The translations under genes were made by a program, and so were the position numbers. The notes under the pieces were generated by a model that was given only the letters and a program-made list of their open reading frames with translations, ran no database searches and was not told the origin of the DNA. This document shows positions 41,979 to 50,299 of a stretch of 64,000 nt of DNA, piece after piece. The DNA comes from an uncultured Acidobacteriota bacterium (GTDB taxonomy: Bacteria; Acidobacteriota; UBA6911): contig CAWJKZ010000021.1 in assembly GCA_963843575.1 (NCBI GenBank), forward strand, positions 96,001 through 160,000, in the 5' to 3' direction. How positions within the stretch are numbered: position 1 is the first letter of the stretch; every line of letters starts with the position of its first letter.

Positions 41979-43010
41979 TCAGTCCGGGACCATGACGGCC
42001 TTGACGATCGGCAGGCTCCCCTCGACGGCGGCGGTCAGTATCTTCCTGGCATCCGCAAAACCGAAGGTGTGGGTGATCAGGGCGCGGCCGTCCACGAGGC
42101 CGTCCTTGAGCAGGCGGTTCGAGACGGGGAAATTGATCGCGGGCTCGGCGAAGGTCGGTTTCAGCGTGATCTTGCGGAAGACGAGGTCATTGACGTCGAC
42201 GTTGATCGTGCTCTTGCCGCCCAGGTGCAGGCCGAAGAAGTTGACCATGCCCCCGAACCGGACGATCTTCAGCGCGTCGACCAGGCTCTCGGGCGGAGAA
42301 CTCACGATGACCCGGTCCACCCCGTCCGGGAAGCGCTTCCTGATCTCCTCCTCGACGTCCTGCCTGCCGGTCTCGATGAACAGCTCGCAGCCGAACTGCG
42401 CGGCCAGGGCGCGGCGCGCCCGTCCGCGCTCGTTTTCGACCGAAGTCCCGATCATGGCGACAAACCCGGCTCCGCGCAACCTGGCTACCCTGGCGCACAT
42501 CAGGCCCAGCGGCCCGGGACCCATGACCACGACGCTGCCGCCGAGCGGGATTTCTGATCCCAGGACGGCCGTGAGGCTCACGGCCAGCGGTTCGGTCAGG
42601 CACGCCGAGGCGTAGTCGAGCCCGTCGAACTTGACGAGCGAGTTGAAGCGGACCGACATGTACTGCCCCATGCCGGGCTGTCCTTCCATGTTGAAGAGGT
42701 TCCGGCAGAACTCCGGATGTCCCGCCTTGCAGTTGTCGCAGACGCCGCACATGGTGCAGTCCTCGACGATGACTCGGTCCCCGGGTTTGACGTGGGTGAC
42801 TCGCCTGCCCACCTCGAGCACCTCGGCGGCGATTTCGTGGCCGAGGGGCATGGGATCACCCTCCCAGTCGCGCACGAAATTCAGGTCGGTACCGCACACG
42901 CCGCACGCTCGTATCCGCACGGTGACGTGGTTTTCGTCGGGCGGGGCGATTTCCGTTTCCTGCTCCCGGATCTCCAGCAACCTCCGGCCCCAGAGTCCTT
43001 TGCTTTTCAC
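41979..43010 (-). CDS. Zinc-binding (MDR) alcohol/sugar dehydrogenase
   Basis: CGVCGTD, GHE, CGVCDNCKAGHPEFC, GPGPLG; GTG start with GGAGG RBS. Confidence 0.92.
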   Translation of the reverse strand: MKSKGLWGRRLLEIREQETEIAPPDENHVTVRIRACGVCGTDLNFVRDWEGDPMPLGHEIAAEVLEVGRRVTHVKPGDRVIVEDCTMCGVCDNCKAGHPEFCRNLFNMEGQPGMGQYMSVRFNSLVKFDGLDYASACLTEPLAVSLTAVLGSEIPLGGSVVVMGPGPLGLMCARVARLRGAGFVAMIGTSVENERGRARRALAAQFGCELFIETGRQDVEEEIRKRFPDGVDRVIVSSPPESLVDALKIVRFGGMVNFFGLHLGGKSTINVDVNDLVFRKITLKPTFAEPAINFPVSNRLLKDGLVDGRALITHTFGFADARKILTAAVEGSLPIVKAVMVPD

Positions 43011-43241
43011 CGTGTCCTCCGCAGCCGCCCGGCTAGGGCTCTCTCCCTTGAGGGCGCGCTTTTCGCACACGCTAGCATGGCGACATTCGAATTGCCACAC
43101 TTCCTGGGATCGGTGGCCGCGCCGTTGGGCCCCCCCGGTTTAAAGCACGCTGATCTGGCTCTCGAGATTGACTACGGCCGCAACTGCGGCAAAATCCACG
43201 ATCCCCGGCGACACTCCATCGCATGCTGCTGTGTGACCGCT

Positions 43242-46200
43242 TCACGGTATAACGGGCAGGGCCGCCATGGCTCCGGGGGAGAGACGCAGGGCCATCGCGC
43301 AAACCGGCGTCGGCGCCTCGATCTCCAAGCTACCGCGAAAGCTGCCGAGGGCGGCCGCTGTGCCCGGGAAGAGTTCTCTGGGGAAGCGGGCAAGCTGACC
43401 GAGGGCCGGCAGCAGGAACTCCGCCACGCCCCCTTCGATGAGGTTCCCCCCCGTGTCCCTCAGTCTCAAGGCAAGGCTGACGGGAACCGATGCCGGGTTG
43501 GAGAAGGCCACGCCCGTGTCCAGGTAGAGCGCGTAGTCGGTCTCCAGTGGGATGGTCAGCCGGCTCGCCGGACGAACCGCTTCGACGGCGCCCAACCCCA
43601 GGCGGCCGGAAAACAGCAAAGTGGCGTCGACCTGCAGGTCGGAGGTTACCGCCACCGATCCGGTCACCAATGCTCCCAGCCCGTCGGTCGCGAGCCGGGC
43701 GGAGCCGCCGGGCGGCAGGCGGAACAGGGAACTGCCATCCACCTGGGCCCCGTTGAGGTCGACTCGGAGCGGTTGTCCCTGGCTGTCGTGGAACTCCACG
43801 GTCCCGGCACAGGCTTCGGTGAGGGAAGGGTTGACCAGGACCAGGGTGGAGGCCAGTCCGTCGCCGTCGGCGAATTGCGAGAAGTAGACCGTCCCCGCCG
43901 CGGGCGCCAGGGAGATCCTGCGGATCGCGTGGTTGTCCCGGTCCGCGACGAACAGGTCACCCGACGGGTGCACGGTCAGGCCCGAGGGGAGCGCGAACCG
44001 GGCATCACTCCCGGTTCCGTCCCTGCTTCCCGAGAGCGATGTGTCGGGTGTCGTGTTGATTTTGGGGCTGCCCGCCAGACTGCTTACCGTCCCGTCCTTC
44101 CCCACCCGTCGCACGACCCACCCGTCGCATACGTAGAGGTTGTCGGAGTCGTCGACGGCCATTCCCAACGGGTAGCCAAACAGGGCCCTGTCGTGCGGGC
44201 CATCAAGACCGCCGTGGAGGCCGGGCGTGCCGGAAAGGGTGGTGACCTCCCCCTGGGGCGAGATCTTGCGGACCACGCAGTTGTTGTAGTCCGCCACCAG
44301 CAGGTTCCGCTCCGAATCGAAAACGATCTTCTGGGGGCCGTCGAAGCGGGAGGCGGCGCCGTTGCCGTCGGCAAAACCCGGCACGCCGGCAACCCCGGCG
44401 AGCGTCGTCACCGCGCCGTCGGGGGTGATCCTGCGGATGGTGTGGTTGGAGGTGTCGCTCACGTAAATATCCCCCGACCGGCTCTCGACCGCGATCCCGC
44501 GCGGCCCGTTGAAGCGGGCCGCACCCGCTGTCCCATCCTCCGAGCCGGGTTCACCGGCTGATCCGGCCAGGGTGGTAACGGTGCCGTCGGGGGCGAGCTT
44601 GCGCACCTGGTGGTTGCCGTAGTCGGCGATGAACAGGGTGCCGTCTTCGCCCACACACAGGCCCCGCGGGTAGGCAAAGCGGGCCGACGCCCCCGTGCCG
44701 TCCTGGCTCCCGCTGCTGCCCGCGAGGCCCGCCACGGTGCTGACCACGCCCTGCGGGCTGATCTTGCGGATGGTGTGGTTTGCGGTGTCGGCCACAAACA
44801 AGTTCCCGGCCCGGTCCGCTGCGATATCGTTGGGGGAAGCAAAACGCGCGGTGTGGAGGTCCCCGTCGTCAGAGCCGCGCGCGGCCGCCTGGCCCGCGAA
44901 GGTGGAAACGATTCCGACGAGCCGGGCCCGCGCGACACGACCGATGGTGACCGCCGCACGCGTGGCAAACTGACCGGTACCGGCTACGCGCATGGCCATG
45001 CCGTTGAAGGGCAGGGATGAACGCGCCACGAGGGTGCCCCTGAAGATGTTCGAACTCGCCCAGGGGAAAATCTCATCGACAAACAGCGCACGCTGCCCAT
45101 GGGCTGCGAGCTTCACGGTCGCCTCGGTTTCGGGAATCTGCAGACCTTCCTCGGAATACAGGCGACAGGCCACCGAAATCTCCCCCGCGTTGGGATTGGA
45201 GAGCGCGACGCCGCCGCGGACTTCGTGCGACGGGTCCAATTCGACCGGCACGATCAGGCCGGTCGTCGACAGCGGGGAGGCGGGGACACCGGCACTCCCG
45301 CTCTCGCCGTCCAGGATCAGGTACGCCTCGACACGGGAGTCCGACGCCAGCTCGATGGATCCGGGCTGGAGCGCTCCCGCTCCCTCGGTGCCGTAGTACC
45401 CCACCCCGCGCGGCGGCAGACGGAATGGCAGCGGTCCGTCCCGCGCCTGACCGCCGAGCGCGAGCTGCAGCGGTACCCCGCCGGTCCCGAAGAACCGCGC
45501 GGTGCCCGAAACCTCCGCGGAGGACGACGGGTTCACCAGGACAAGGGTGGAGCGGGTTCCGGCCCCGTTGGAAAAGTGCGGCAGGAACTTCACGTTGTTG
45601 TTCACGGTCACGGTGAAGCCGGAATCGGTGGCCGCTTCGACGGCTATCGAGATGCCGTTGGCCGGATCCGAAAACACCTCGCCCGGCGTCTGCATCGCGC
45701 CGTCGTCGCCGGTGAACCCGTTGTTGTCGGTGTCGACGACTTCGCTGGGCTTCCACTCGGGTGGACTGTTCCATTGGGTGGGGGAGTACCGGTCGGGATC
45801 GACGTCGTAGAGGATCACCGCGTCGCCGAGGAGACCGGTGTCGTAGCCGACTCTCTGCCGCGCCTCCGCGGTGTAGAAACGCACGTGTGGGCCGGGGAGC
45901 CGGACTTGGGCCATCTTGTACCCTCCGGCCTGGGGTTGCGCGAGTCGAGCGAGATGGATGGTCTCCTGGGTGCCGGGGGAGGAGAGATACTTCTCTCCGG
46001 GGGCAATCCACCCAAGCAGATCCTTGTGGTAGGCCGTCGTGTGAATGGCCTGAAGACCGAAGACGGGGTCGGTGATTTTCCCGCCCCAGTGGCTCATCAG
46101 ATCCCAGAAGTTGTCGTAGGTGTCCCCGTAGCTTCCCGTCGAGTGCGGCAGTCCCAGGGCGTGGCCCATTTCGTGGGCGAAGACGTGATGGTTGGAGTCG

Positions 46201-47042
46201 CGGTCGTGGCCGTACACGTTGTGAAGCAGGGTGGTGGGCAGCCAGATCACGCCCCAAGTCCGGTTCACGCCATCGAGCGTCCAGTTCAGCGGCCCTCCGT
46301 AGCCCAGGTATTTCTCCCCGACGAAATCGTTGAAGATCAGGGCGATGCCGGCGTACGAGGGGAAGTGGACGTCGCGGTCGGCAACCGCGGTCGCATCCCG
46401 CAGCGCCCGGATCTGGTCGAGCCAGAGAGGATTTCCGTAAACGTAGTAGGAGCGGGGGCGTGGCAGGACGTACCAGCCCACCACGCGGCTGTTCTCGAGG
46501 TTGATCGCGTCGTAGGAAACCTCGCGCCAGAAGTGGTCCATCCCCGGGAATCGTGGCGCGAGCAGATCGTGGTAGTAGGCGATGGACCGCGGTTCGGCGA
46601 CGATGTCGGAAAACTTGCAGAGGATGATGACCCACGGTTGCGGCCCGGTCTTCGCGAAGCTGGGACTCGCGCCCGGGCGCACGCCGCCAGGCGCGGAGGG
46701 TGCCGGTTCGCGGAGGTTCACAGACGAAGCTTTCAGGACCGAGCGTCCGCCGCTCTCGACCCACTCGCCGCGGATCTCGGCGAAGCGCGGCGCCAGACCC
46801 GGGGAATCCGGCAGGCCGTCGCCCGGGAGAATCTCCGTGCCCTCCCCACTCGCGTCGACGAGGAAATACCGCGTCCCGGAAAGACCCTGCACGGGATCGT
46901 CAAAACAGAAGGTGTGCAGCCAGCCCGCGATAACTGGGGAGCGGGCGCCGGCTCTGCCGCCGGCGACGCCCGGGTGCGGCGACCAGGAGAGGGTTCCGAC
47001 AAATGCGAACAGCAAGGCCAGCCGAGGCAAAGCTCCGCGCAT
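43242..47042 (-). CDS. Secreted multidomain protein: M6/M11-like zinc metalloprotease, repeated beta-sandwich modules and NHL-repeat propeller
   Basis: Signal peptide; AHEMGHALGLPH and WDLMS; two FxxFxxGxG..STLVLVNPS modules; about 6 NHL repeats (VADTANHTIRKI). Confidence 0.85.
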   Translation of the reverse strand: MRGALPRLALLFAFVGTLSWSPHPGVAGGRAGARSPVIAGWLHTFCFDDPVQGLSGTRYFLVDASGEGTEILPGDGLPDSPGLAPRFAEIRGEWVESGGRSVLKASSVNLREPAPSAPGGVRPGASPSFAKTGPQPWVIILCKFSDIVAEPRSIAYYHDLLAPRFPGMDHFWREVSYDAINLENSRVVGWYVLPRPRSYYVYGNPLWLDQIRALRDATAVADRDVHFPSYAGIALIFNDFVGEKYLGYGGPLNWTLDGVNRTWGVIWLPTTLLHNVYGHDRDSNHHVFAHEMGHALGLPHSTGSYGDTYDNFWDLMSHWGGKITDPVFGLQAIHTTAYHKDLLGWIAPGEKYLSSPGTQETIHLARLAQPQAGGYKMAQVRLPGPHVRFYTAEARQRVGYDTGLLGDAVILYDVDPDRYSPTQWNSPPEWKPSEVVDTDNNGFTGDDGAMQTPGEVFSDPANGISIAVEAATDSGFTVTVNNNVKFLPHFSNGAGTRSTLVLVNPSSSAEVSGTARFFGTGGVPLQLALGGQARDGPLPFRLPPRGVGYYGTEGAGALQPGSIELASDSRVEAYLILDGESGSAGVPASPLSTTGLIVPVELDPSHEVRGGVALSNPNAGEISVACRLYSEEGLQIPETEATVKLAAHGQRALFVDEIFPWASSNIFRGTLVARSSLPFNGMAMRVAGTGQFATRAAVTIGRVARARLVGIVSTFAGQAAARGSDDGDLHTARFASPNDIAADRAGNLFVADTANHTIRKISPQGVVSTVAGLAGSSGSQDGTGASARFAYPRGLCVGEDGTLFIADYGNHQVRKLAPDGTVTTLAGSAGEPGSEDGTAGAARFNGPRGIAVESRSGDIYVSDTSNHTIRRITPDGAVTTLAGVAGVPGFADGNGAASRFDGPQKIVFDSERNLLVADYNNCVVRKISPQGEVTTLSGTPGLHGGLDGPHDRALFGYPLGMAVDDSDNLYVCDGWVVRRVGKDGTVSSLAGSPKINTTPDTSLSGSRDGTGSDARFALPSGLTVHPSGDLFVADRDNHAIRRISLAPAAGTVYFSQFADGDGLASTLVLVNPSLTEACAGTVEFHDSQGQPLRVDLNGAQVDGSSLFRLPPGGSARLATDGLGALVTGSVAVTSDLQVDATLLFSGRLGLGAVEAVRPASRLTIPLETDYALYLDTGVAFSNPASVPVSLALRLRDTGGNLIEGGVAEFLLPALGQLARFPRELFPGTAAALGSFRGSLEIEAPTPVCAMALRLSPGAMAALPVIP

Positions 47043-47241
47043 GAGAGGGCTCCTGCGGATCCATGAGGTTCGGTTGAAGCGTTTCGATACTGTTAGACGA
47101 TTTTGAGGACCGGATAGTTCCCTAGACGGAGGCCGGAGTCTGTTGTCTGGCGCGGGCGATCACGGTGAGAATGCCGTAACTGGCCGCGAGCGGTGAGCAG
47201 AGCCGCTGTGCCCGGACGGCTAAAAGGCGCCCGGGTTCATG

Positions 47242-48204
47242 TCAACGGGTCCGCTCGTATTCGATGACGCCGGCGAGGATGGAGTCGAGGTCGTGGCGGT
47301 TTTCGTACCCGATGAGTTTTTTGATCTTGGAGATGTCGGGCACGCGCCGTTGCATGTCCTCGAATCCCTCCTGATATGCCTGGTCGTACGGGATGTGGGT
47401 GATCGGCGAGGAACTCCCGGCGGCGCGCTTCACCCGCTCGGCGAGCTCGTTGATCGAGATCTCTCCATCCCCCCCGATGTTGAAGATCTCGCCCACGGCT
47501 CGGGATTCGTCGATCAAGCCGATGACGCCGCGCACGACATCCTCGACGCCTGTGAAACTGCGGGTTTGTGTGCCGTCGCCGAAGATCGTGATCGGCTCGT
47601 TGCGCAACGCCTGCCCCACGAACCTCGGGATCACCATCCCGTACCGCCCGGTCTGCCTGGGCCCGACGGTGTTGAAGAACCGGGCAATGATTACGGGCAG
47701 CTGCTTCGTCCGGTAATAGGCCAGCGCGAGGAACTCGTCCATCGCCTTGGTGGCGGCGTAGCTCCAGCGGGCGACGGAAGTCGACCCGTAGACGCGCGCG
47801 TCGTCCTCCCGCAGCGGGACGTTGGAATTCCTGCCATAGACCTCGGAGGTGGACGCGATGAAGGTCTTCTTGCGGAACTTGTTGGCGAGTTCGAGCACGA
47901 TCTCGGTCCCCACGATGTTCGTGTGAATCGACTTGAGCGGCTCGTCGATGATCAGCTGCACCCCCACGGCAGCGGCGAGGTGCACGACAACGTCGCAGAT
48001 GCCGGTCAGCTCGAGCATCGTCTCCCGGTTCAGGATGGTGTCGCGGACAAAGTGAAACTGGCGCTGGGCAGAGATCTGGCTGATGTTGTCCAGGCTCCCG
48101 GTGGAAAGGTCGTCGATGACGTAGACCTCATCCCCGCGCCCGAGGTAAGCCTCGGCAAGGTAGGAGCCGATAAAACCGGCCCCTCCGGTGATCAGAACCC
48201 TCAC
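47242..48204 (-). CDS. NAD-dependent nucleotide-sugar epimerase/dehydratase
   Basis: LITGGAGFIG, HLAAAVGV, STSEVYG, YAATK, RFFNTVGPRQ. Confidence 0.93.
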   Translation of the reverse strand: MRVLITGGAGFIGSYLAEAYLGRGDEVYVIDDLSTGSLDNISQISAQRQFHFVRDTILNRETMLELTGICDVVVHLAAAVGVQLIIDEPLKSIHTNIVGTEIVLELANKFRKKTFIASTSEVYGRNSNVPLREDDARVYGSTSVARWSYAATKAMDEFLALAYYRTKQLPVIIARFFNTVGPRQTGRYGMVIPRFVGQALRNEPITIFGDGTQTRSFTGVEDVVRGVIGLIDESRAVGEIFNIGGDGEISINELAERVKRAAGSSSPITHIPYDQAYQEGFEDMQRRVPDISKIKKLIGYENRHDLDSILAGVIEYERTR

Positions 48205-48274
48205 GTTGTCTCCTCGATGATGCCCGACTGTAGTATGTCCGAGCGGCGGCGTCAAACCCCGATTGGGGCGCACG

Positions 48275-49480
48275 CTACCGGACGGCCGTGAACATGATCT
48301 CGAGGAGCCCGTCGGGGCTTACGAGAGCCGCTTCGACGGTAGCCCGCGCCGGGAAATCGGCGCTGAACACTTCACGGTACGCACCGTTCATCGCGGTGAA
48401 GTTGTTTACGTCCGTTATGTACACGACGGCGTCCGCGACCTGTTCCCAGCCGAAGCCGGCTGACTTCAGGGTGCGGCCCACGCGGGCCAGGATCTCCCTC
48501 GTCTGCGCTTGCGTGTCGTTCCGGTTCGCCTCGGTGTTTCCCATCATGCCGGCGACGTACAGCCGGTCGCCGGCGCGCACGGCGGCGCTGAAGTTGGGGT
48601 TGGCCTGTCCCGGTGCGCCGTCGGGCCCGGGAGTGACGAACGCTTCGTGTGTGCCGCGCACCGCCGTCAGGCCGATTTCAACGAGGAACTGCGGGCCCAT
48701 CAGGGGCGCCCTGACCGTCGCACGGGCGGGCGGGTCCTCAGGGAAGTAGGGTCGGTAGGCGGCGTTCATCCCCTGGAAATCGGCCACGTCGGTGATGAAG
48801 ACGCGCGAAGCGACCACGTTGGAGTAGTCCATGCCGGCGGCGCGCAGTATCTCCCCTGCGTTGTCGAGGACGGTGCGCGTCTGCGCCTGAATGTCGCCAG
48901 GCACCACGGCGTTGTCCCTCCCATTGCGCGAGACGAGGCCCGAAAGGAACAGCGTGTCCCCTGACAGGATGCCGTAGCTGTAGGGATTGGTCGACGGCGT
49001 CCACCCGGCAGGGTGGACGACCTTGCGCTCGCCTCCGGCGGGGATCGCGACCATGGAAATTTCGATGAGCGCGTCCGGGCGGACGAGATTGGCCTCGACG
49101 GTCGTGCGCACCGGCGGGTCCTTGGGCCAGTAGCCCCGGTAAACCTCGTTCATCGCCTGGAAATCGGACGCACGCTTCAGGTAGACGTTCACCGACGCGA
49201 CATCGGCCAGCGACGATCCGGCCGCGGTGGCCAGCCCGCCCATGAAATCGAGCAGGTGCTTGGTCTGGGCCCGAACGTCCCCCTTGATCACGTTTCCGGA
49301 CGCGTCCGTCGCCAGCGCACCGGAGATATAGATGAAGCCGCCGGCCCGCACCGCGGGGCTGAACGGCAACTTCATGTCGGGGCCAAGACGGTAGACCCGC
49401 CTGGGGGACTGCGAGGCCAGCGCTCCGACAGTAGCAAGCAGCACGAGAATCCTGATTCCGTGTTTTCGCATGCCGGGCAT
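48275..49480 (-). CDS. Rid (YjgF/RidA) family protein with three tandem domains and a signal peptide
   Basis: Three repeats ending PPVRTTV, PPARATV and FPARATV, each followed by LxEI; hydrophobic N-terminal leader. Confidence 0.9.
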   Translation of the reverse strand: MPGMRKHGIRILVLLATVGALASQSPRRVYRLGPDMKLPFSPAVRAGGFIYISGALATDASGNVIKGDVRAQTKHLLDFMGGLATAAGSSLADVASVNVYLKRASDFQAMNEVYRGYWPKDPPVRTTVEANLVRPDALIEISMVAIPAGGERKVVHPAGWTPSTNPYSYGILSGDTLFLSGLVSRNGRDNAVVPGDIQAQTRTVLDNAGEILRAAGMDYSNVVASRVFITDVADFQGMNAAYRPYFPEDPPARATVRAPLMGPQFLVEIGLTAVRGTHEAFVTPGPDGAPGQANPNFSAAVRAGDRLYVAGMMGNTEANRNDTQAQTREILARVGRTLKSAGFGWEQVADAVVYITDVNNFTAMNGAYREVFSADFPARATVEAALVSPDGLLEIMFTAVR

Positions 49481-49620
49481 TATACGGCAAAGGTGCGCCT
49501 CGTGGGGGGGGATCGTGCTGCGCGAGGAAACGGTTGCCCTGCCTGTGCTCCGTACTTACACTGGGCTCATTGCAGAATGGGGCGAACCGAAGCCCGCCTC
49601 ACTCGAGGGAGGTGAACGAG

Positions 49621-49810
49621 TTGATACTCGATGAAGTGCGCAGGTGGTGTCGTTCGTTGCCGCACGCGACGGAGGACATCAAATGAGACGGCGACCTGGT
49701 CTTCTCCATCGGCGGCAAGATGTTCGCGGTCGTCATGCTGGATCCGCCGCACCCCCGAGCTGGTCAAGGCCCGCTTACCACGCAGGCTCCGTGCCGCGCC
49801 CTGCCCGTAA
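49621..49810 (+). pseudogene. MmcQ/YjbR-family remnant
   Basis: WCRSLPHATEDIK*DGDLVFSIGGKMFA with TGA (49684) at a usual Trp; then jumps out of frame to C-terminal-like ELVKARLP; GGAGG RBS retained. Confidence 0.75.
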
Positions 49811-49815
49811 AACAA

Positions 49816-49909
49816 GTGGGTCCGGGCTTCAGCCCGGACGTCTTTTGATCTGATCTACGCGGCGACGGGCGCACGTTATAGCGACGTCCGCGCTGAAGCG
49901 CGGACCCAC
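49816..49909. repeat. REP-like inverted doublet, family A
   Basis: GTGGGTCCGGGCTTCAGCCCGGAC ... GTCCGCGCTGAAGCGCGGACCCAC. Confidence 0.8.
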
Positions 49910-49922
49910 TAACGGGGGGCTA

Positions 49923-49992
49923 AGGGCTCGCGCAAGAATGAGTTCACATTTTGCTGATCGCCAGAATGTGAACTTATTCTTGCGCGAACCCT
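49923..49992. mobile_element. MITE-like 70-bp hairpin
   Basis: 31-bp inverted arms with 28 matches around an 8-bp loop; AT-rich core; TAA and TGA at the ends. Confidence 0.5.
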
Positions 49993-50061
49993 GAGGCGCA
50001 GGAACTGCCTTGGGCTAAAATGAAAAGGAATCCATCTTCCATCCGATAAGGGGGTAGAGCC

Positions 50062-50280
50062 ATGAACGGGGACGCAAGCGAAGATACGACCGTCTACAGA
50101 GTCGTGGTCAACCACGAGGAGCAGTATTCCATCTGGCCCGCCGACAGGGACCTGCCTTTGGGTTGGCGGGATGAAGGAAAGAGCGGGACTAAAAAAGAGT
50201 GCCTCGCCCACATCAGCGAGGTCTGGACGGACATGCGTCCGCTCAGCCTCAGAGTTAAAGACTCCCGCCCGATCGAATAG
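50062..50280 (+). CDS. mbtH: MbtH-like protein
   Basis: [25 protein letters not shown]. Confidence 0.95.
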   Translation: MNGDASEDTTVYRVVVNHEEQYSIWPADRDLPLGWRDEGKSGTKKECLAHISEVWTDMRPLSLRVKDSRPIE

Positions 50281-50299
50281 GCAGTCTGAACAGGATCGA

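Noticed and set aside
49684-49686. In-frame TGA as selenocysteine or genetic-code reassignment
   Set aside because: Many genes in the window end in TGA, and this ORF also has an internal deletion, so it is a pseudogene
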